A stretch of DNA of 64,000 nucleotides from Thermoanaerobacter sp. A7A (GCF_000445185.1 NZ_AVAF01000093.1:33357-97356), one strand, 5' to 3'; numbered from the stretch's first letter, positions 47,632 through 58,940 are shown. A program made the numbers and translations. Notes: generated by a model from the sequence alone, not told the origin.

Positions 47632-49800
47632 CTATGCACTTAATCGGTAAACATCCATTACTCCTTCCAAAGCTTTTAACTTATTCATAACTTTTTCCAG
47701 TTGCTCTTTTGAAATAATCTCTAAAGTTAAATTTATAATTGCAATATTGTCTTTTGTTGTTCTAGCATTGACAGCTTTTACAGCAATTTTTACATCTGCA
47801 AGAACACTAGTAACCTCTGTCAAAAGTCCAAATCTATCACTAGCCATAATCTGTATATCAGCTTGATAAGCGATATTTCTACCCTGATCCCACTCTACTT
47901 CTACAATTTTGTTCCTATCAAAAAGATATTCTTTTATATTGGGACAATCTTTTCTGTGAATAGAAATACCTCTTCCTTTAGTTACATAACCTATTATTTC
48001 ATCACCCGGGACGGGAGAACAACATTTTGCAAACCTCACCATTACATTGTCTACACCTTTTACAATTACCCCCATTCCACCTGTTTTCTCTTTTTTCTTC
48101 CCAGCTTTATCAAGTGGAACGGACTTTAAACCTATTTCTTTTTGAGATTTTTTGATTTCCTCTTTTATTCTCGGTATTACTTGATTTAAAGTTAAGCCAC
48201 CATAACCAATTGTTGCATATAAATCCTCTATTGTGTGAATGTTGAGTTTTTTAAGCACTTCCTCCCATATCTCACTTTTTATCATAGCAGGTTGTATTCC
48301 ATGACGCCTGAGGTCTCTTTCTAACATTTCCTCGCCGCGAGCGATATTTTCTTCTCTTTTTTCTTTTTTAAACCACTGTCTGATTTTGTTTCTCGCTTGA
48401 GAACTTTTGACAATTTGCAACCAGTCTCTGCTTGGACCTCTGTCTTTATTTGGACTTACTAATATCTCAACAATATCACCGTTTTTCAATTGATAATTTA
48501 TAGGGACTATTTTACCGTTTACTTTAGCACCATTTAATCGATGACCTATTTCAGTGTGTATGCTGTACGCAAAGTCAATAGGAGTAGACCCCGCTGGAAG
48601 ATTTATGACATCCCCTTTAGGAGTAAAGACAAAAACCTCATCTGTAAAAAGATCAATTTTTAATGTTTCCATAAACTCTTTTGCATCTTTTAACTCTTTC
48701 TGCCATTCTAAAAGCTGCCTAAGCCAAGAAAGCTTTTGGTCAAATTCGTCTTCTGTAGTCTTACCCTCTTTATATTTCCAATGGGCTGCAATACCGTATT
48801 CTGCCGTTTTGTGCATCTCCCATGTTCTTATTTGTATTTCAAAAGGTTCTCCTTTAGGACCTATTACTGTAGTATGAAGGGATTGATACATATTAGGTTT
48901 TGGCATAGCGATATAATCTTTAAATCTTCCAGGAATTGGCTTCCATAAAGTATGCACAATTCCTAATACGCCGTAACAGTCTTTTACGGTGTTAACAATT
49001 ATCCTCACTGCTAACAAATCGTAAATTTGTTCAAAGGTTTTATTTTGCGTTTTCATCTTTTTGTAGATACTGTAAAAATGTTTAGGTCTACCATCTACTT
49101 CTGCTTGTATCCCCATTTCTTTTAATTTCTCTTTAATTGTAGTTATGATATTTTGTATAAACTCTTCTCTTTCTTTTCTTTTGGCAGCAACCTTTTCTAC
49201 GAGGTCATAATACTCCTCCGGATGCAAATATCTCAAGCACAAGTCTTCTAATTCCCATTTTATCTTAGATATTCCTAAGCGATGAGCAATAGGGGCATAA
49301 ATCTCTAAAGTCTCTTCCGCTTTTTCTTTTTGTTTGTCAAGAGGTAAATATTTGAGAGTTCTCATGTTGTGAAGCCTGTCAGCTAATTTTATAAGTATGA
49401 CTCTTATGTCTTTTGCCATTGCTATAAGCATTTTTCTCATGTTTTCAGCTTGTTGCTCTACTTTACTTTTATATTCTATTTTACCAAGTTTTGTAACTCC
49501 ATCAACTAAATCAGCAATTTCTTTACCAAAATATTCCAGTAACTGCCCATAAGTCACATCTGTGTCTTCTATTACATCATGTAAAAGGCCTGCTGCAATA
49601 GTGGTAATATCTAACTCTAGTTCGGCCAAAATATATGCAACTTCTATGGGATGAATAATATATGGCTCTCCTGAGTTTCTTATCTGGCCGTCATGAGCAT
49701 TTACAGCAAAGTCATAAGCTTTGTATATTAAACCTAAATTTGCATCATCACCCATATATTTTTTTATCCTATTTATCACTTTGTCCAACATATTTACCAC
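47632..49800 (-). CDS. relA: Bifunctional (p)ppGpp synthetase/hydrolase
   Basis: [38 protein letters not shown] and ACT domains. Confidence 0.97.
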   Translation of the reverse strand: MVNMLDKVINRIKKYMGDDANLGLIYKAYDFAVNAHDGQIRNSGEPYIIHPIEVAYILAELELDITTIAAGLLHDVIEDTDVTYGQLLEYFGKEIADLVDGVTKLGKIEYKSKVEQQAENMRKMLIAMAKDIRVILIKLADRLHNMRTLKYLPLDKQKEKAEETLEIYAPIAHRLGISKIKWELEDLCLRYLHPEEYYDLVEKVAAKRKEREEFIQNIITTIKEKLKEMGIQAEVDGRPKHFYSIYKKMKTQNKTFEQIYDLLAVRIIVNTVKDCYGVLGIVHTLWKPIPGRFKDYIAMPKPNMYQSLHTTVIGPKGEPFEIQIRTWEMHKTAEYGIAAHWKYKEGKTTEDEFDQKLSWLRQLLEWQKELKDAKEFMETLKIDLFTDEVFVFTPKGDVINLPAGSTPIDFAYSIHTEIGHRLNGAKVNGKIVPINYQLKNGDIVEILVSPNKDRGPSRDWLQIVKSSQARNKIRQWFKKEKREENIARGEEMLERDLRRHGIQPAMIKSEIWEEVLKKLNIHTIEDLYATIGYGGLTLNQVIPRIKEEIKKSQKEIGLKSVPLDKAGKKKEKTGGMGVIVKGVDNVMVRFAKCCSPVPGDEIIGYVTKGRGISIHRKDCPNIKEYLFDRNKIVEVEWDQGRNIAYQADIQIMASDRFGLLTEVTSVLADVKIAVKAVNARTTKDNIAIINLTLEIISKEQLEKVMNKLKALEGVMDVYRLSA

Positions 49801-49837
49801 ACCTTATAATTAAAGTGGCTTAAAGCCACTTAATAGA

Positions 49838-50359
49838 TTAAAACTTTATTAATGAAATTATATCATATCCGTCAAGTTTTTTTCTACCATCTAAAAAAGT
49901 CAATTCACTCAAGAAAATAATAGAGTCTACTATTCCACCCAATTTTTCAACAAGTTTTGCAGAAGCGTAAATTGTGCCTCCTGTCGCCAATAAATCGTCG
50001 ACTATCACTACTCTTTGTCCCTCTAAAACAGCATCTTTGTGTATTTCAAGAGAATCTATCCCATATTCCAGTTCATACTCATAGCTTAAAGTTTCAGCAG
50101 GTAATTTTCCAGGTTTCCTGACAGGGACAAATCCTACTCCCAATCTATAAGCTAGTGGGGCTCCAAACAAAAATCCTCTTGCTTCTGGCGCTGCAATAAG
50201 GTCAAATTTTCTACCCTCTAAAGCCTTAGCCAGCATTTCTATGGAATAATTGAAAGCTTGCGCATCTTTTAAAACAGGTGTAATATCTTTAAATTTTATT
50301 CCTTTTTTAGGGAAGTCAGGTATTTCTCTAATCATCATTTTGATTTCTTCCAGCGTCAT
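49838..50359 (-). CDS. apt: Adenine phosphoribosyltransferase (start at MTLEE)
   Basis: DFPKKGI.FKDIT, EARGF, RKPGKLP, VDDLLATGGT. Confidence 0.97.
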   Translation of the reverse strand: MTLEEIKMMIREIPDFPKKGIKFKDITPVLKDAQAFNYSIEMLAKALEGRKFDLIAAPEARGFLFGAPLAYRLGVGFVPVRKPGKLPAETLSYEYELEYGIDSLEIHKDAVLEGQRVVIVDDLLATGGTIYASAKLVEKLGGIVDSIIFLSELTFLDGRKKLDGYDIISLIKF

Positions 50360-50372
50360 TACAAAAACCTCC

Positions 50373-52820
50373 TTAAATTTTCTGGCTGACAATGAACTTG
50401 GCAAATTCAATAAACTCTTTTTTAGCTGAGAGTATCTGTTGCATTATTCGAGCTTGTTCAATATTAACCTTTTGTGACACAGAATTTTTGCTTAACATAA
50501 AAATATTATCACGTTCTTTTACATTTATCAATCCTATTTCTTTCATTGCTTTTATGCAAAATGAAAATTTTATTGGATTTAAATTCAGTTGTGGATGCAA
50601 ATGTTCTTTAAATAAAATGTTGTTTCCTTCTTCTATAAATTTGTAAAGTTTAATAAAGTCCTTCCTTTGAGGAAAAATTTCGTCAAAGGATTTTAAGTTA
50701 TAATATATATCTGCTTCTTTAAAAACTAAATGAATCCTCTTTCCTTGTGAATGAGAAAGAATGTGGTAAAAGATTTCTTTTTTAAAGGGTATATCATAAA
50801 TAATTATATCATCGTAGTATTTTAATGGTTTTAAAGAATTTGGGAAAAATAGTATACCATTTTCTTTTTTACAATCCACATTGCATAAAGAAAAATCCAA
50901 AAACTTTTCTTTTTTGAGATATCTAAGTAATGACCTAAGTTCTACAACTGTATTTACTATGACAACCGTTTTGCCTTCTCTTTTAAAAAGTTTTAGCACA
51001 TATTCCCACTTGTTATTAATTCCTCTTTGGTCAATTATATAATCAACTTTTTTGTCTATCTCTTTTTTCTCGGGCTGATACTCTACCATGATTTTGCTCA
51101 AGTTTTTATAATAGGAAAACAAAGGTAACTTAATTCTTAAATCTTTTACATTTATCATTACTGACTCTATACCATTCCAGCTGTTTATTTCAATGCTTCC
51201 CACAACATCTATTATATCTCCTATTTTTACATCGTTTCCCTGGTCTGATACATCAAATAACATAAGCTCATACACAAACTTGTCTTTTTGGACGATGATT
51301 TTTTTGTATTTTCCACCATTTAAGTCAAATACTTTTGTAACTGTCAAACCCTCAAATAAAAAATTAGGCCGAGGATTATTGCTGCCAAAAGGTTTAAACC
51401 TTTGAACTTGTTTAGCTATTTCTATATCTATCTTTTCATTTTTAACCTTTGCATCTATTCTTAAACTTGGAATTAAATCAAGATCACTAAGCACCGTATC
51501 AGCGTATTCATTTATCTTAGTTTTAAAAATCTCCAAATTGTTTTTTTCAATATTTATTCCAGCAGCCATTTCATGACCGCCATATTTTATCAAATAATCT
51601 TTACAGTATTCTAATGCTTTATACAAATTAAAGCCTTCTATGCTTCGCCCTGAACCTTTTCCTTCCCCTTCTCCTAAACTTATAAGTATAGAAGGTCTAT
51701 GAAACCTTTCTGTTATCCGGGATGCCACAATTCCAATAACACCTGGATGCCAATTTTTATCCCACAGTACAATTACTTTTTCCTTATTTAAATCAACCGT
51801 CTCTTTTATTTTTTTGATTGCTTCCTGAAGTATTTGATTTTCTATTTGTTGCCTATTTAAATTTTCTTGATTTAAATATTCTGCTATCTCTTCTACTTCT
51901 TTTTCATCTTGGCTTATCAATAACCTCACAGCCGCTTCTGCACTTCTTAATCGCCCTGCAGCATTGAGGCGAGGAGCTAATATAAATCCCACATGATATT
52001 CATCAATTTCACTATTTTGCAATCCAGAAGCTTTTATGAGGGCTTTTAAACCTATATTTTGTGTTTCATTTAGTCTTTTTAGTCCTTCTTTTACAATTAT
52101 TCTATTTTCTCCTAATAAAGGGACAATATCTGCAATAGTTCCTATTGAAACAATATCTAAAAGTTCATAAGCTTCTTCTCCAATAAGAGCTTGTGACAGT
52201 TTAAAAGCAACCCCTACCCCTGCCAGGTCACAAAAAGGATATTCAATATCAGGCAAATGGGGATTTATCACCACATCTGCTTGTGGTATCTCCTTAGGGA
52301 TACTGTGGTGGTCAGTTATTATCACGTCTATTCCTAAAAATTGGGCTTTTTCCACTTCCTTAACAGAGGTTATACCGCAATCTACACTAATTATAAGTTT
52401 TGTTCCTCTCTGTGCAATTTTGTCTATTGCTTCTTCATTTATACCATATCCTTCAACTAATCTTTCCGGTATATAATAATCCACTTTTGCTCCTAATTTT
52501 TTTAAGGTTAAATATAAAACAGAGGTGGCAGTAATTCCATCTACATCGTAATCACCGTAAATGGTGATTAGGTCCTTCAAGGCGATATGTTGTTGTATCA
52601 ATTCTTTTGCCTCTTTTATCCCCCTCAGGAGATAAGGAGAATACAAATCTTTTAAATCAGGATTTAAAAAATTCTTAACTTCTTGGGCATTTAATTTTGA
52701 TGAAAGTATATCAGCAATTATTTTGTGTAACCCGTATTCTCTTTGTATTTCTTGAGTAAGTTGAAGATTTGGATTTTCCTTCAAAATCCACCTGTAAATT
52801 TTGGACATCAAATCACCCAC
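50373..52820 (-). CDS. recJ: ssDNA exonuclease RecJ with C-terminal extension
   Basis: GDYDVDG, VDCG, TDHH (DHH), PRLNAAGR, GGH..AAG. Confidence 0.96.
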   Translation of the reverse strand: MGDLMSKIYRWILKENPNLQLTQEIQREYGLHKIIADILSSKLNAQEVKNFLNPDLKDLYSPYLLRGIKEAKELIQQHIALKDLITIYGDYDVDGITATSVLYLTLKKLGAKVDYYIPERLVEGYGINEEAIDKIAQRGTKLIISVDCGITSVKEVEKAQFLGIDVIITDHHSIPKEIPQADVVINPHLPDIEYPFCDLAGVGVAFKLSQALIGEEAYELLDIVSIGTIADIVPLLGENRIIVKEGLKRLNETQNIGLKALIKASGLQNSEIDEYHVGFILAPRLNAAGRLRSAEAAVRLLISQDEKEVEEIAEYLNQENLNRQQIENQILQEAIKKIKETVDLNKEKVIVLWDKNWHPGVIGIVASRITERFHRPSILISLGEGEGKGSGRSIEGFNLYKALEYCKDYLIKYGGHEMAAGINIEKNNLEIFKTKINEYADTVLSDLDLIPSLRIDAKVKNEKIDIEIAKQVQRFKPFGSNNPRPNFLFEGLTVTKVFDLNGGKYKKIIVQKDKFVYELMLFDVSDQGNDVKIGDIIDVVGSIEINSWNGIESVMINVKDLRIKLPLFSYYKNLSKIMVEYQPEKKEIDKKVDYIIDQRGINNKWEYVLKLFKREGKTVVIVNTVVELRSLLRYLKKEKFLDFSLCNVDCKKENGILFFPNSLKPLKYYDDIIIYDIPFKKEIFYHILSHSQGKRIHLVFKEADIYYNLKSFDEIFPQRKDFIKLYKFIEEGNNILFKEHLHPQLNLNPIKFSFCIKAMKEIGLINVKERDNIFMLSKNSVSQKVNIEQARIMQQILSAKKEFIEFAKFIVSQKI

Positions 52821-52828
52821 AAATTCTC

Positions 52829-54496
52829 CTATTTTTTTCTCCTCTCAATTATAAAGATTCGATAAAAGACCCATAAGCACAGAAGTAAAGCAACCACATA
52901 GCCAAAAAGCCCCAATGCATTGTAGCCGAAAATTTTATATCCCCCTTGAAATGTCAAAACCAATGAAGAAGCTACAATTAATGCTGATGCTATGATACTT
53001 ATAATAACTTTATTCACCATAATATTTAAGTCATAGCGTAAGCTTTCACTTTCATCAAGGTTTATTCTAACTTTTATATCGTCTTTTATAAGCTTTGTCA
53101 TTATACTTTGGATTTTGGAAGGAAGTTTTCTCAATACTATTATTGCCTTATGTAAATCTTTCGAGTTTTCTTTTAATATTTTAGTTAAACTGATGTTTCT
53201 CAAATATACCTCTTTTATAAAATCTTTTGCTACACTAGAAATGCTAAAATCGGGATCTAAGCTTCTGCCTACACCTTCTACTGTAGCTAAGGACTTGAGA
53301 AGTAAAGTAAACCCTGGAGGTAAAATCAGCTTATGCTTATAAACAGTTGACATTATTTTCCTCATTGAATCATTCACACTGATATTTTTTAGAGGAGTAT
53401 TGTAAAAATAATTTATTATATGGCTCAAATCAGACTTAAGAGTTCTAAGGTTAGTATCAGGCCTTATGGCACCCATGTCCGACAAAACTTCTATTACTTC
53501 CTCAATATCATTCTCAGCAAAAGCTTTAAAAAGGTCAATTATCATTTCCCTTGAGGATTTATCAAGGTAGCCTACAATTCCAAAATCTATATATGAAATT
53601 TTGCCATCATTTGTAATTAAGATATTGCCAGGATGGGGATCTCCGTGGAAAAGACCAAATTCATAAACTTGTAAAAATATAGCCCATGCTCCCTCTCTTG
53701 CAATTTTCTTTAAATCAAAGCCTTTTTTAACAAGTAAATCTCTATTTTTTACACTTATACCTTCTACGTACTCCATTGTAAGAACGCGCTTTGTAGTGTA
53801 TCCCCAATATACTTTAGGTATGTAGATATAACTTTCCTTTTCAAAATTTTCTCTAAAGCGTTCGGCATTATTCCCTTCTTGTGTGTAATCCAATTCATTG
53901 AGAAGAGATTCGGCTAATTCATCAACAATTTCTACAAAATCCAAAGGAGCATCAACTATACGCTCATTCAAAATTTTAGCAATATTCTTTAGAATTATTA
54001 TATCAGCATTTATCTTTTGGGATACTTCTGGACGCTGTACTTTAACAACGACATCTTTCCCTTCTTTAATTTTTGCCCTATAAACTTGTCCAATAGAAGC
54101 TGAAGCAATAGGAGTTTCATCAAAATAAATGAAAAAATCCGATATTTTGCCTTTTAATTCACTTTCTAAAATATTCTTTATAGTTACAAAGTCTTCTGGT
54201 TCTACATCATCTTGAAGTTTAGCAAGTTCCAATAAAATATCATGGGGAATAAGGTCCCCTCTTGTACTTAAAAGCTGTCCCATTTTTATAAAAGTAGGAC
54301 CTAATTCCTCTAATGTTTTCCGAATCCTCTCTCCTGCTCCCATGTAATCATGACTTTTCAGTATATGAAAAGGTATATGTCCACCTTTTAATAAAATATC
54401 AGAAATAAAACCAAAACCATTTTTAGTTAAAATCTTTAATATCTCTTTATATCTTCTGGTAATATTTTTATTTCTAAAAATAAAAGGCAAATTCAT
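52829..54496 (-). CDS. AarF/UbiB (ABC1) kinase-like protein
   Basis: LGPTFIKMGQ.LSTR, ASASIGQV, KVQRP, ELDY..E, FHGDPHPGN, DFG. Confidence 0.93.
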   Translation of the reverse strand: MNLPFIFRNKNITRRYKEILKILTKNGFGFISDILLKGGHIPFHILKSHDYMGAGERIRKTLEELGPTFIKMGQLLSTRGDLIPHDILLELAKLQDDVEPEDFVTIKNILESELKGKISDFFIYFDETPIASASIGQVYRAKIKEGKDVVVKVQRPEVSQKINADIIILKNIAKILNERIVDAPLDFVEIVDELAESLLNELDYTQEGNNAERFRENFEKESYIYIPKVYWGYTTKRVLTMEYVEGISVKNRDLLVKKGFDLKKIAREGAWAIFLQVYEFGLFHGDPHPGNILITNDGKISYIDFGIVGYLDKSSREMIIDLFKAFAENDIEEVIEVLSDMGAIRPDTNLRTLKSDLSHIINYFYNTPLKNISVNDSMRKIMSTVYKHKLILPPGFTLLLKSLATVEGVGRSLDPDFSISSVAKDFIKEVYLRNISLTKILKENSKDLHKAIIVLRKLPSKIQSIMTKLIKDDIKVRINLDESESLRYDLNIMVNKVIISIIASALIVASSLVLTFQGGYKIFGYNALGLFGYVVALLLCLWVFYRIFIIERRKK

Positions 54497-54510
54497 TTTT
54501 TCACCTCAAT

Positions 54511-54562
54511 AAAAATCTAGTAGCATTATCTCTAAAAAGAGATATTATGCCACTAGATTTTT
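54511..54562 (-). terminator. Long hairpin terminator after secF
   Basis: AAAAATCTAGTGGCAT..TATCTCT-TTTT-AGAGATA-ATGCTACTAGATTTTT. Confidence 0.75.
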
Positions 54563-54578
54563 TGTATTTATTTAAAAC

Positions 54579-55490
54579 TTAGGCTTTTATAGGTTTATTA
54601 GAGGTTTTTCTTCTCTTTTCTCTATTCTTAATTAATACCCAAAGAGGAGTAGAGATAAATATCGAAGAATATGTTCCCGAAATTATCCCAATAAGCAAAG
54701 GCAATGCGAAATCTTTCAATGCATTGGGTCCTAAGAAATACATTAAAACAAGGATAATCAACGTAGTCAAAGTTGTATTTATTGACCTTGTAAGAGTCTG
54801 ATTTACACTAACATTTGCAATTTTTGCATAATCCGATCTTCTCATGATTTTTAAGTTATCCCTTATTCTGTCAAAAATTACGACAGTAGCATTCACAGAA
54901 TAGCCAAATACAGTTAAAACTGCTGCTATAAAAGGAGCGTTAACTGTTATGTGAAAAATAGCATATATAGAAATTAATATAATCACATCGTGGAGTAAAG
55001 CAATAACTGCAGCCCCACTCATTTCAAATTCAAACCTAAATCCTAAATAGATAAACATTACAGCAGAAGCCAGCAATAGAGCACGTATCATTCCAAATTT
55101 TATTTCTGCGCCTAAAGAAGGTCCTACTTGTTGTGACATTATCAGATCGTTTTCCGTTAAATTATATTTTGACTCTATATCTTTTATTATAGAAAGTCGA
55201 GTTTCATTAGATATTGGGCTTGTCTTTATTGAAACAGTATCTCCCTTTGTGCCTATTTTCTGCACTTGAAAGTCTTTGACTTTATAATTGTTTAATATTT
55301 TTATGATGTCAGCAGTATCAAAAGATTTGCCAATTTGGAATTCCATTATTGTTCCACCAGTAAAATCTATACCCCAATTAAATCCATTTACAAACATTGC
55401 TATTACACCAATTAAGATTACAATTCCTGATATCGCAAACCAAATCTTAGTTTTACCAATGACGTCTATATGAAATCTGTGTTGATTCAC
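54579..55490 (-). CDS. secF: Protein translocase subunit SecF
   Basis: GIDFTGG, VGP, HD, GYS.N.T.V.FDRIR, QTL.RS.NT. Confidence 0.96.
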   Translation of the reverse strand: MNQHRFHIDVIGKTKIWFAISGIVILIGVIAMFVNGFNWGIDFTGGTIMEFQIGKSFDTADIIKILNNYKVKDFQVQKIGTKGDTVSIKTSPISNETRLSIIKDIESKYNLTENDLIMSQQVGPSLGAEIKFGMIRALLLASAVMFIYLGFRFEFEMSGAAVIALLHDVIILISIYAIFHITVNAPFIAAVLTVFGYSVNATVVIFDRIRDNLKIMRRSDYAKIANVSVNQTLTRSINTTLTTLIILVLMYFLGPNALKDFALPLLIGIISGTYSSIFISTPLWVLIKNREKRRKTSNKPIKA

Positions 55491-55502
55491 TCAATTTCCC
55501 TC

Positions 55503-56738
55503 CTACGCTCCGTAAAATTTTATATTTCTTGTCAAATCCAAATCGACAAGTGCAAGCAACAAAAATCTCGTTACAGTTATAGCTGTAAACAAGCTGGATA
55601 TGACACCTATTAGAAGTGTTAAAGCAAAACCTTTCACATTTCCAGAGCCCATGTAAAAAAGTATAATAGCACCGATAATAGTAGTCATATTAGCATCAAA
55701 AATGGCTCTGAAGGCCCTTGCAAAACCTGCCTCTAAAGCAGCTCTTATGCTTTTACCAGCCCATAGTTCTTCTTTAAATCTTTCAAAAATTAAAACATTA
55801 GCATCAACAGCCATACCAATTGACAATAGGAAGCCTGCAATCCCTGGTAAATCTAAGGTTATATTAAATAAAGCATAAATTATTAAATCTATCAATATAT
55901 ATATTAAAAGGGCTATATCTGCCATTACTCCTGGCAATCTATAAAAAACTGCCATAAATAGTAAAATAAGTAGTACACCATATATACCAGCTTCTACGCT
56001 AGCATTATAGGCACTAGGGCCTAAAGTTGCACCTACAGAACTATAGGCTATTGGTTTTAATGTAACAGGTAGAGAACCAGCTCTTATAAGAGTAGCTAAT
56101 TCAGATGCTTCTTGAAAATCCTTCAAGCCTGTAATGACTGCATTTCCAGTAGTTATTACGTCATTTACTTTAGGAGCAGAAATTACCTTATCATCTAAAA
56201 GTATCGCAATAGGTTGTCCTAAAAATTTTTGTGTTGCTTCTGCAAATTTCTTTGTACCCTCTGCATCAAGTACAAGTGTAACTTCTGGTTGTTGCACACC
56301 TGTTTGACTCTGACCATATACTGCTTTAGAGTCTTTAACATTGGCACCAGTTAGTATTACTTGTCCATCTGGACCTACAAATTTTAATTGAGCAGTTTTA
56401 CCTATTATTTCTATTGCTTTGTCAGGGTCTTTCATACCAGGTAATTCTACACGAATTCTATTTGAACCCTGTTGAGCTATCACAGGTTGTGTTACACCCA
56501 GGGCATCCACCCTGTTTTTTATAACCGCAATCGCTTTATCTATCGCGTCTTGTGTAACATCCCCCTGAGCTTCTAATAATACATAAACGCCACCTCTTAA
56601 ATCTAGCCCTAATCTTATGTGCTTTTGCACAGGACTTATAGAGTAATTACCCACATTTATTCCAAAAAATGCTACATATGCAACTATTGCTGCAATAAGA
56701 ACAACAGAAAAAAATTTGATAAAACCTCTACTTCTCAT
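55503..56738 (-). CDS. secD: Protein translocase subunit SecD
   Basis: LGLDLRGG, AILLD, GSLP, VDANVLIFER.KEE, D.N.TT. Confidence 0.96.
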   Translation of the reverse strand: MRSRGFIKFFSVVLIAAIVAYVAFFGINVGNYSISPVQKHIRLGLDLRGGVYVLLEAQGDVTQDAIDKAIAVIKNRVDALGVTQPVIAQQGSNRIRVELPGMKDPDKAIEIIGKTAQLKFVGPDGQVILTGANVKDSKAVYGQSQTGVQQPEVTLVLDAEGTKKFAEATQKFLGQPIAILLDDKVISAPKVNDVITTGNAVITGLKDFQEASELATLIRAGSLPVTLKPIAYSSVGATLGPSAYNASVEAGIYGVLLILLFMAVFYRLPGVMADIALLIYILIDLIIYALFNITLDLPGIAGFLLSIGMAVDANVLIFERFKEELWAGKSIRAALEAGFARAFRAIFDANMTTIIGAIILFYMGSGNVKGFALTLLIGVISSLFTAITVTRFLLLALVDLDLTRNIKFYGA

Positions 56739-56757
56739 TCGAATCCTCCTTCATAAT

Positions 56758-57324
56758 TCAACTATTTTCTATTATATTACTTTTATTGTAAACGGTCAAT
56801 TTCCCAAAGTTGGAAAAATGTAATTTTGCTAATTCTACATAATGTTCATAGGAGCGATGAATATTTTCAATTTCCTCTTGAGTAAGTTTCCTTATAACTT
56901 TTGCAGGATTTCCAAAAGCAAGACTGCCCTCTGGAATCTTTTTACCTCCTGTTACCAATGAACCAGCTCCAATTATACAATTATCTCCTATCTCTGCATC
57001 ATCTAATATAATCGTTCCCATACCTATTAGTACATTATTTCCTATCTTACAAGCATGAACTATCGCCCCATGTCCTATTGTACAGTAATTTCCTATATAA
57101 CAAGGATGTCCTTCTGTAACATGTACAACGCAATTATCTTGTATGTTAGTTCCTTCTCCAACAACTATTTTATCTATATCTCCTCTCAGCACAGCCCCAT
57201 ACCATATATTTGCATCTTTTTTTATTTCTACATCTCCAATAACCTCTGCTGTTTCCGCTATATACGCCTCATCATCTATTTTGGGCTTCATACTTTTATA
57301 TTCCTTTATTATCATTTTCCTCAC
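56758..57324 (-). CDS. Gamma-carbonic-anhydrase-like hexapeptide-repeat protein
   Basis: IGDV, WYGAVLRGD, NIQDN..VH, TIGHGA.VHAC. Confidence 0.92.
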   Translation of the reverse strand: MRKMIIKEYKSMKPKIDDEAYIAETAEVIGDVEIKKDANIWYGAVLRGDIDKIVVGEGTNIQDNCVVHVTEGHPCYIGNYCTIGHGAIVHACKIGNNVLIGMGTIILDDAEIGDNCIIGAGSLVTGGKKIPEGSLAFGNPAKVIRKLTQEEIENIHRSYEHYVELAKLHFSNFGKLTVYNKSNIIENS

Positions 57325-58681
57325 CCTTTAGCATTTGATATGCTTTTATGGCAATCGCATTTTCAAAACGCCTTTTTTGCATTTCACAAGCCAGCTCGTA
57401 AGGTTTATTAATATCTCCATTTATGTTGTAGTTATTTGCAAAGCAACCTCCACTGCAATAGAACCTCGCCCAACATTTCGTACATTCTTCTTTTTTGTAA
57501 ATATCGCTTTCCATAAATTTTTGCTGTAATTCTTTATTAGTTATACCTTCTTCAAGATTCCCTAATTTAAATTCCTCAATACCCACAAATTGATGGCAAG
57601 GATAAATATCCCCATCGGGAGTCACCGCTATATACTCAAAACCAGCACCACAGCCTTGAAGTCTTTTTTTAATGCAAGGCCCTCCTTCTAAATCTATTTT
57701 AAAATGATAAAAAGAAAAAGGCCTTCCTTCTTCGTATCTCTTTACATATTCTTCTGCTAATCTGTCATATTCATTTAAAATTCTCTCTAAATGCTCTTCC
57801 TTTAATGTATAGTCTTTATCTTCTTTTTCAACTACCGGCTCTACAGATATTTCATAAACTCCCAAATCAGCAATATGCAACACATCATTAGCAAAATCCA
57901 AATTTTTTGCTGTAAAAGTCCCTCTCACATAGTATTCTTTTTTCCCTCTTGATTCAACGAATTTTTTTATTTTTGGAACTATTGTATCATAACTTCCACT
58001 GCCGTCTACACGTATCCTCATGCTGTCATTTACTTCTTTTCTTCCATCCAAACTAAGTACCACATTAGAAAAATTTTCATTAAAATACTTTATTTTCTCA
58101 TCATCCAGCAAAACCGCATTGGTTGTTATGGTAAATTTAATTACTTTTTTATTTTCTTTCGCCTTTTCTTTTCCATATTCTACTAACCGCTTGACTACCT
58201 CAAAATTTAAAAGGGGTTCACCGCCAAAAAAATCAACTTCAATGTTTCGCCTTTTCCCAGAACTTTTTATTAAAAAATCAATTGCTTTTTTGCCCGTCTC
58301 AAAATCCATCAACTTGCGGCTACCTTTAAAATCCCCAGTAGAAGCAAAACAATATTTGCACCTTAAATTGCAATCGTGAGCAACATTCAAACACATCGCT
58401 TTTATAACAGAATCATTTCTCGACACTGGAATATCTTTATATATATCTTCTGAAAATAATAACCCTTTTTCTTTTAATTCATCAATTTCTGCAATAGCTT
58501 CCAGTATATCTTCTTTTTTATATTTATGCTGAAGTAAATTTACAATTTCTTCTTTTGAGCGATTTTCATAAAAGTCCAAAATATCATAAATAATATCGTC
58601 TACCACATGGATAGAGCCACTTACCGGATCTACTACAATATTCATTCCCAGTCTTTTAAATTTATGCATTAGCTCTGACAT
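57296..58681 (-). CDS. scfB: SCIFF radical SAM/SPASM maturase
   Basis: CNLRCKYC, DFFGGEP, CGAG, CHQF, C..C...YCSGGC; follows the SCIFF peptide. Confidence 0.95.
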   Translation of the reverse strand: MSELMHKFKRLGMNIVVDPVSGSIHVVDDIIYDILDFYENRSKEEIVNLLQHKYKKEDILEAIAEIDELKEKGLLFSEDIYKDIPVSRNDSVIKAMCLNVAHDCNLRCKYCFASTGDFKGSRKLMDFETGKKAIDFLIKSSGKRRNIEVDFFGGEPLLNFEVVKRLVEYGKEKAKENKKVIKFTITTNAVLLDDEKIKYFNENFSNVVLSLDGRKEVNDSMRIRVDGSGSYDTIVPKIKKFVESRGKKEYYVRGTFTAKNLDFANDVLHIADLGVYEISVEPVVEKEDKDYTLKEEHLERILNEYDRLAEEYVKRYEEGRPFSFYHFKIDLEGGPCIKKRLQGCGAGFEYIAVTPDGDIYPCHQFVGIEEFKLGNLEEGITNKELQQKFMESDIYKKEECTKCWARFYCSGGCFANNYNINGDINKPYELACEMQKRRFENAIAIKAYQMLKGEENDNKGI

Positions 58682-58704
58682 TTTTTAACCTCCATTGCAA
58701 GTTT

Positions 58705-58735
58705 AAATGGCAGTAATTACACTTTACTGCCATTT
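58705..58735. terminator. 12-bp hairpin between scfA and scfB
   Basis: aaatggcagtaa-ttacact-ttactgccattt; weak U-tract. Confidence 0.6.
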
Positions 58736-58747
58736 GAGTAATATGTA

Positions 58748-58885
58748 TTAATATTGACACTCTTGGTTTGCTACAGTACAAGAGGTTTTACAAGCAGACT
58801 GACAGGATGCCTGGCATTCGCCGCAACCTGGCTTTTTTAAGCTATTTTTTAACGTTGGCCTGTTAATTGTTATAACACGCTTCAT
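58748..58885 (-). CDS. scfA: SCIFF (six Cys in 45 residues) ranthipeptide precursor (not in the ORF track)
   Basis: MKRVITINRPTLKNSLKKPGCGECQASCQSACKTSCTVANQECQY; GAGGAGG RBS. Confidence 0.97.
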   Translation of the reverse strand: MKRVITINRPTLKNSLKKPGCGECQASCQSACKTSCTVANQECQY

Positions 58886-58940
58886 TTTTCTTCCCTCCTC
58901 TTCCTGATTTATTATAACACATAAAGAGAAGGAATTAAAG

